Positions 23,366 to 25,668 of a DNA stretch of 25,668 nucleotides are shown piece by piece. Position numbers and translations under genes: made by a program. The notes under the pieces were generated by a model. That model was not told the DNA's origin and made no database searches. It saw nothing but the letters and a program-made list of their open reading frames with translations. Position 1 is the first letter of the stretch. The number at the start of each line of letters is the position of its first letter. Source of the DNA: Utricularia gibba (lineage: Eukaryota > Plantae > Magnoliophyta); contig NEEC01000158.1 in assembly GCA_002189035.1 (NCBI GenBank), positions 1 to 25,668 on the forward strand. Reading direction: 5' to 3'.

Positions 23366-25631
23366 TGTGCATACGCAGCAGCACCACGAGGCCACATGGG
23401 CTTGGTTAATGCCCGCGTGCTCGAGCAGCAGCCACAAGGCCATACGGCCGTGGAAAAAAAGAAAAAACAACCATAAAATACAATAAGCCAAAAATAAAAA
23501 ATAAAATTGATAAACCCTTGGTTCGGTTCGGGCCCAATCAAACCCGTAGGGTTTAACCCGTTCGGGTTGAACAGAAAGACAACCCCATGGGTCATGCAAA
23601 CTGTAATACCCAGAATTTCATCGGTTGGGTCCGAACCTGAATGGATCCAACCCAGGCCCATCTCTAATCATAATCATATGATATAGGTTTATTAAATTAT
23701 AAATAATTGAAATACATTATTTATTAAACCGTAGGATAACTGTGAAAGCTTCTTTGACTTAATTATTACCATTTGATCCTCAGTTGTACTTTGGATGGAG
23801 TGTGTATTTTTACTTTAGTCAATTTAATTAGCATTCGATCCTTGGTTATGATTCAGATCATATTTGCTATTTTTTTACTTTAAATATTTTTATTATCATT
23901 CGATCCTTAAGTATAATGCGGATCGAGCGCGTATTTTTTATTTTAATATTTTTTATTAGCATTCGAACGTTAGGTATGCTGCGGATCGAGCGTATATTTT
24001 TCACTCTCATATTTTTATTAGCCTTAGATCCTTAGGTATACTTTGGATCGAGTGCATATTCATTTATTTTAAATCTTAATTAGCGTTCCACCGTTAGGAG
24101 CAATTTAGAACGTGTATACATTACAATGCCATGCCACACGGGCGTGGTTTACGCACAACCCACGCCCGTGTGCCCTTGCAATGTAAACACGCTCCACATT
24201 GCTCCTAAGGATCGAGCGTTAACACAAGTTTCAAGTAAACCATCTCCACTCGATCCGAATCATGTCTAAAGACCGAAAGCCAATAAAAATATTAAAATAA
24301 AAAAATATACGCTCGATCCGCATCATATCTTAGAATCGAATGCAAATAGAATCGTTCAAATAAAAAATATACACTCGATTGGAATCAAACCAAGGATCGA
24401 ATGCTAATTAAAATGATTAAAATAAAAATGCACACTCCATCCAAAGTATAACTAAGGGTCGAATGCTAATAAAATTAAAAACTAAGAAACTTTCACATGT
24501 AGTATATGCTTTAATAACTAACGTATTTACATTATTTATATTTTAATAATATATCACATGATTATAAAAAATATTTTTTTTGTCATTGTAGAAAGCTCAT
24601 CACGCCACGTACACCACCCTGGAGAGGTTTCAACAGCTGTTATGAACTCACAACCCCTTGCTCAGCAGATTCAGTAAAATTCTCTAACACTTGGGCTTCC
24701 AACGGATCATATCCCATATTCATTCATACGAAATTGTGCAAGAATGTGACTTTGAGTTTGAACTAGATAGTAGGACGCTGATCGAAGAATGGCCCATCGA
24801 GTCTCTAAAATTGGCCGTCCTCGCTCAACAAATGTGGGGTGCACGTGACATCCCAATTTCAACAAATGCATCATGATTTTCGTCGAGTGGGCCCATGAGC
24901 CCGTCCGAACCCGGGCCCGGGCCAAGGGCCCCTCGAGAGCGCCCGCCTCAATACGAGGAGGTGTTCCTTCAAAAACCATACGCGTCTCGTCACAACCCAA
25001 CGTTAATAAATGCATCACTTTTTTTGGCGCGCTACTGCTGACTTTGGGCCCGAGTTCGGCACGACCTCCGGCCGATCAGGGTGCCCCCCCGAGAGCTCCT
25101 CCTTAAGTATAAAGTGTGTTGTTGAAAAAAACGGTGTGCGGTTCTCGTGACATCCTAACTTCAACAAATGCATCACGATTTTCGTCGAGTCGGACGGGAC
25201 CGGGCTCCCGGGGCCCGGACGAGGCGCAGCGCCCGCTCCCCTCCCCCCCAAAACTAGAAGGTGTTCCATGGAAAACCATTTAGGCGGCTCGTGACAACCC
25301 AAAGTTAATAAATGCATCACTTTCTTTGCCGGGCTACAATGACTTTACGCTCGAGCCTGGTACGACGTATGGGAAAGATTCGAGTGCCCCCCGAGAGCGT
25401 CTCCACAAGTATAAAGCGTGTTGTTGAAAAAACCGTGTTGGGTGCACGTGACATCCTAATTTCAACAAATGTGTCACGATTTTCGCCGAGTGGGACCAGA
25501 GTGGGCTCATCAGCCAGACCGAACCCGGGCCCAAGCCAAGGGCCCTCGAGAGCGCCCCCCCACAAAACTAGATGGTGTTCCACGAAAAAAAATTAGGCGG
25601 CTCGTGATAACCCAACGCTAAGAAATGCATC
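23307..25631. repeat. Unit copy 11
   Basis: 2325 bp; several 1-3 bp indels. Confidence 0.97.
23670..24565. repeat. Foldback inverted repeat, copy 11
   Basis: Same structure; small indels near 24387 and 24550. Confidence 0.92.
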
Positions 25632-25668
25632 CCTTTTTTCGCCGGGCTAAAACTGACTTTGGGCTCAT
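24845..25668 (+). repeat. A/B subrepeat block, copy 11 (cut by window end)
   Basis: Same as 1543-2384; window ends inside B3. Confidence 0.9.

Larger units (their letters stand above)
1..25668. repeat. Tandem array (macrosatellite), ~2.33-kb unit, 11 copies + 37 bp
   Basis: CCTTTTTTCGCCGGGCTAAAAC recurs at 1, 2326, 4659, 6994, 9330, 11664, 13997, 16331, 18665, 20995, 23307, 25632 (periods 2325, 2333, 2335, 2336, 2334, 2333, 2334, 2334, 2330, 2312, 2325); the ORF track repeats with the same period. Confidence 0.99.

Noticed and set aside
24691-24876. 61-aa ORF opened in copy 11 by loss of an in-frame TAA
   Set aside because: Caused by collapse of AATAAT to AAT in an error-rich terminal copy; starts at TTG; ten other copies keep the stop (1440-1442 in copy 1).
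1402-25596. All other 60-190 aa ORFs in the track
   Set aside because: Overlap in several frames and both strands, are low-complexity or GC-driven, change with homopolymer length, and show no transposase, Rep, helicase or other family motif I recognise.

Overview
The whole window is one head-to-tail tandem array: 11 near-identical copies of a ~2.33 kb unit plus 37 bp of a 12th. Unit starts are 1, 2326, 4659, 6994, 9330, 11664, 13997, 16331, 18665, 20995, 23307 and 25632. I found no credible protein-coding gene, rRNA, tRNA or CRISPR array; the ORFs are chance read-throughs of GC-rich subrepeats. Each unit is a patchwork (unit-1 coordinates): (i) 55-143, a 50-bp duplication followed by an A-rich tract; (ii) 200-362, a segment rich in AACCCG/CGGGTT motifs and small hairpins, ending in GCCCATCTCTA(A), which reads either as a hAT-like end or as a Helitron-like hairpin+CTRR|TC junction; (iii) 366-1261, an AT-rich ~900-bp foldback whose arms are built from ~62-bp modules, each with a TCGATCC-N13-GGATCGA dyad, around a central 13-bp GC stem; (iv) 1262-1542, sequence unique within the unit; (v) 1543-2384, 2.5 copies of a ~300-bp A/B dimer of ~150-bp GC-rich monomers. 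It looks like a eukaryotic, probably plant, macrosatellite assembled from transposon-like relics and amplified recently (inference). Terminal copies carry more indels and the window starts and ends in the same 37 bp, so a collapsed assembly or a concatemer of a 2.33-kb circle cannot be excluded. Identities and coordinates were read by eye; no database search was run.
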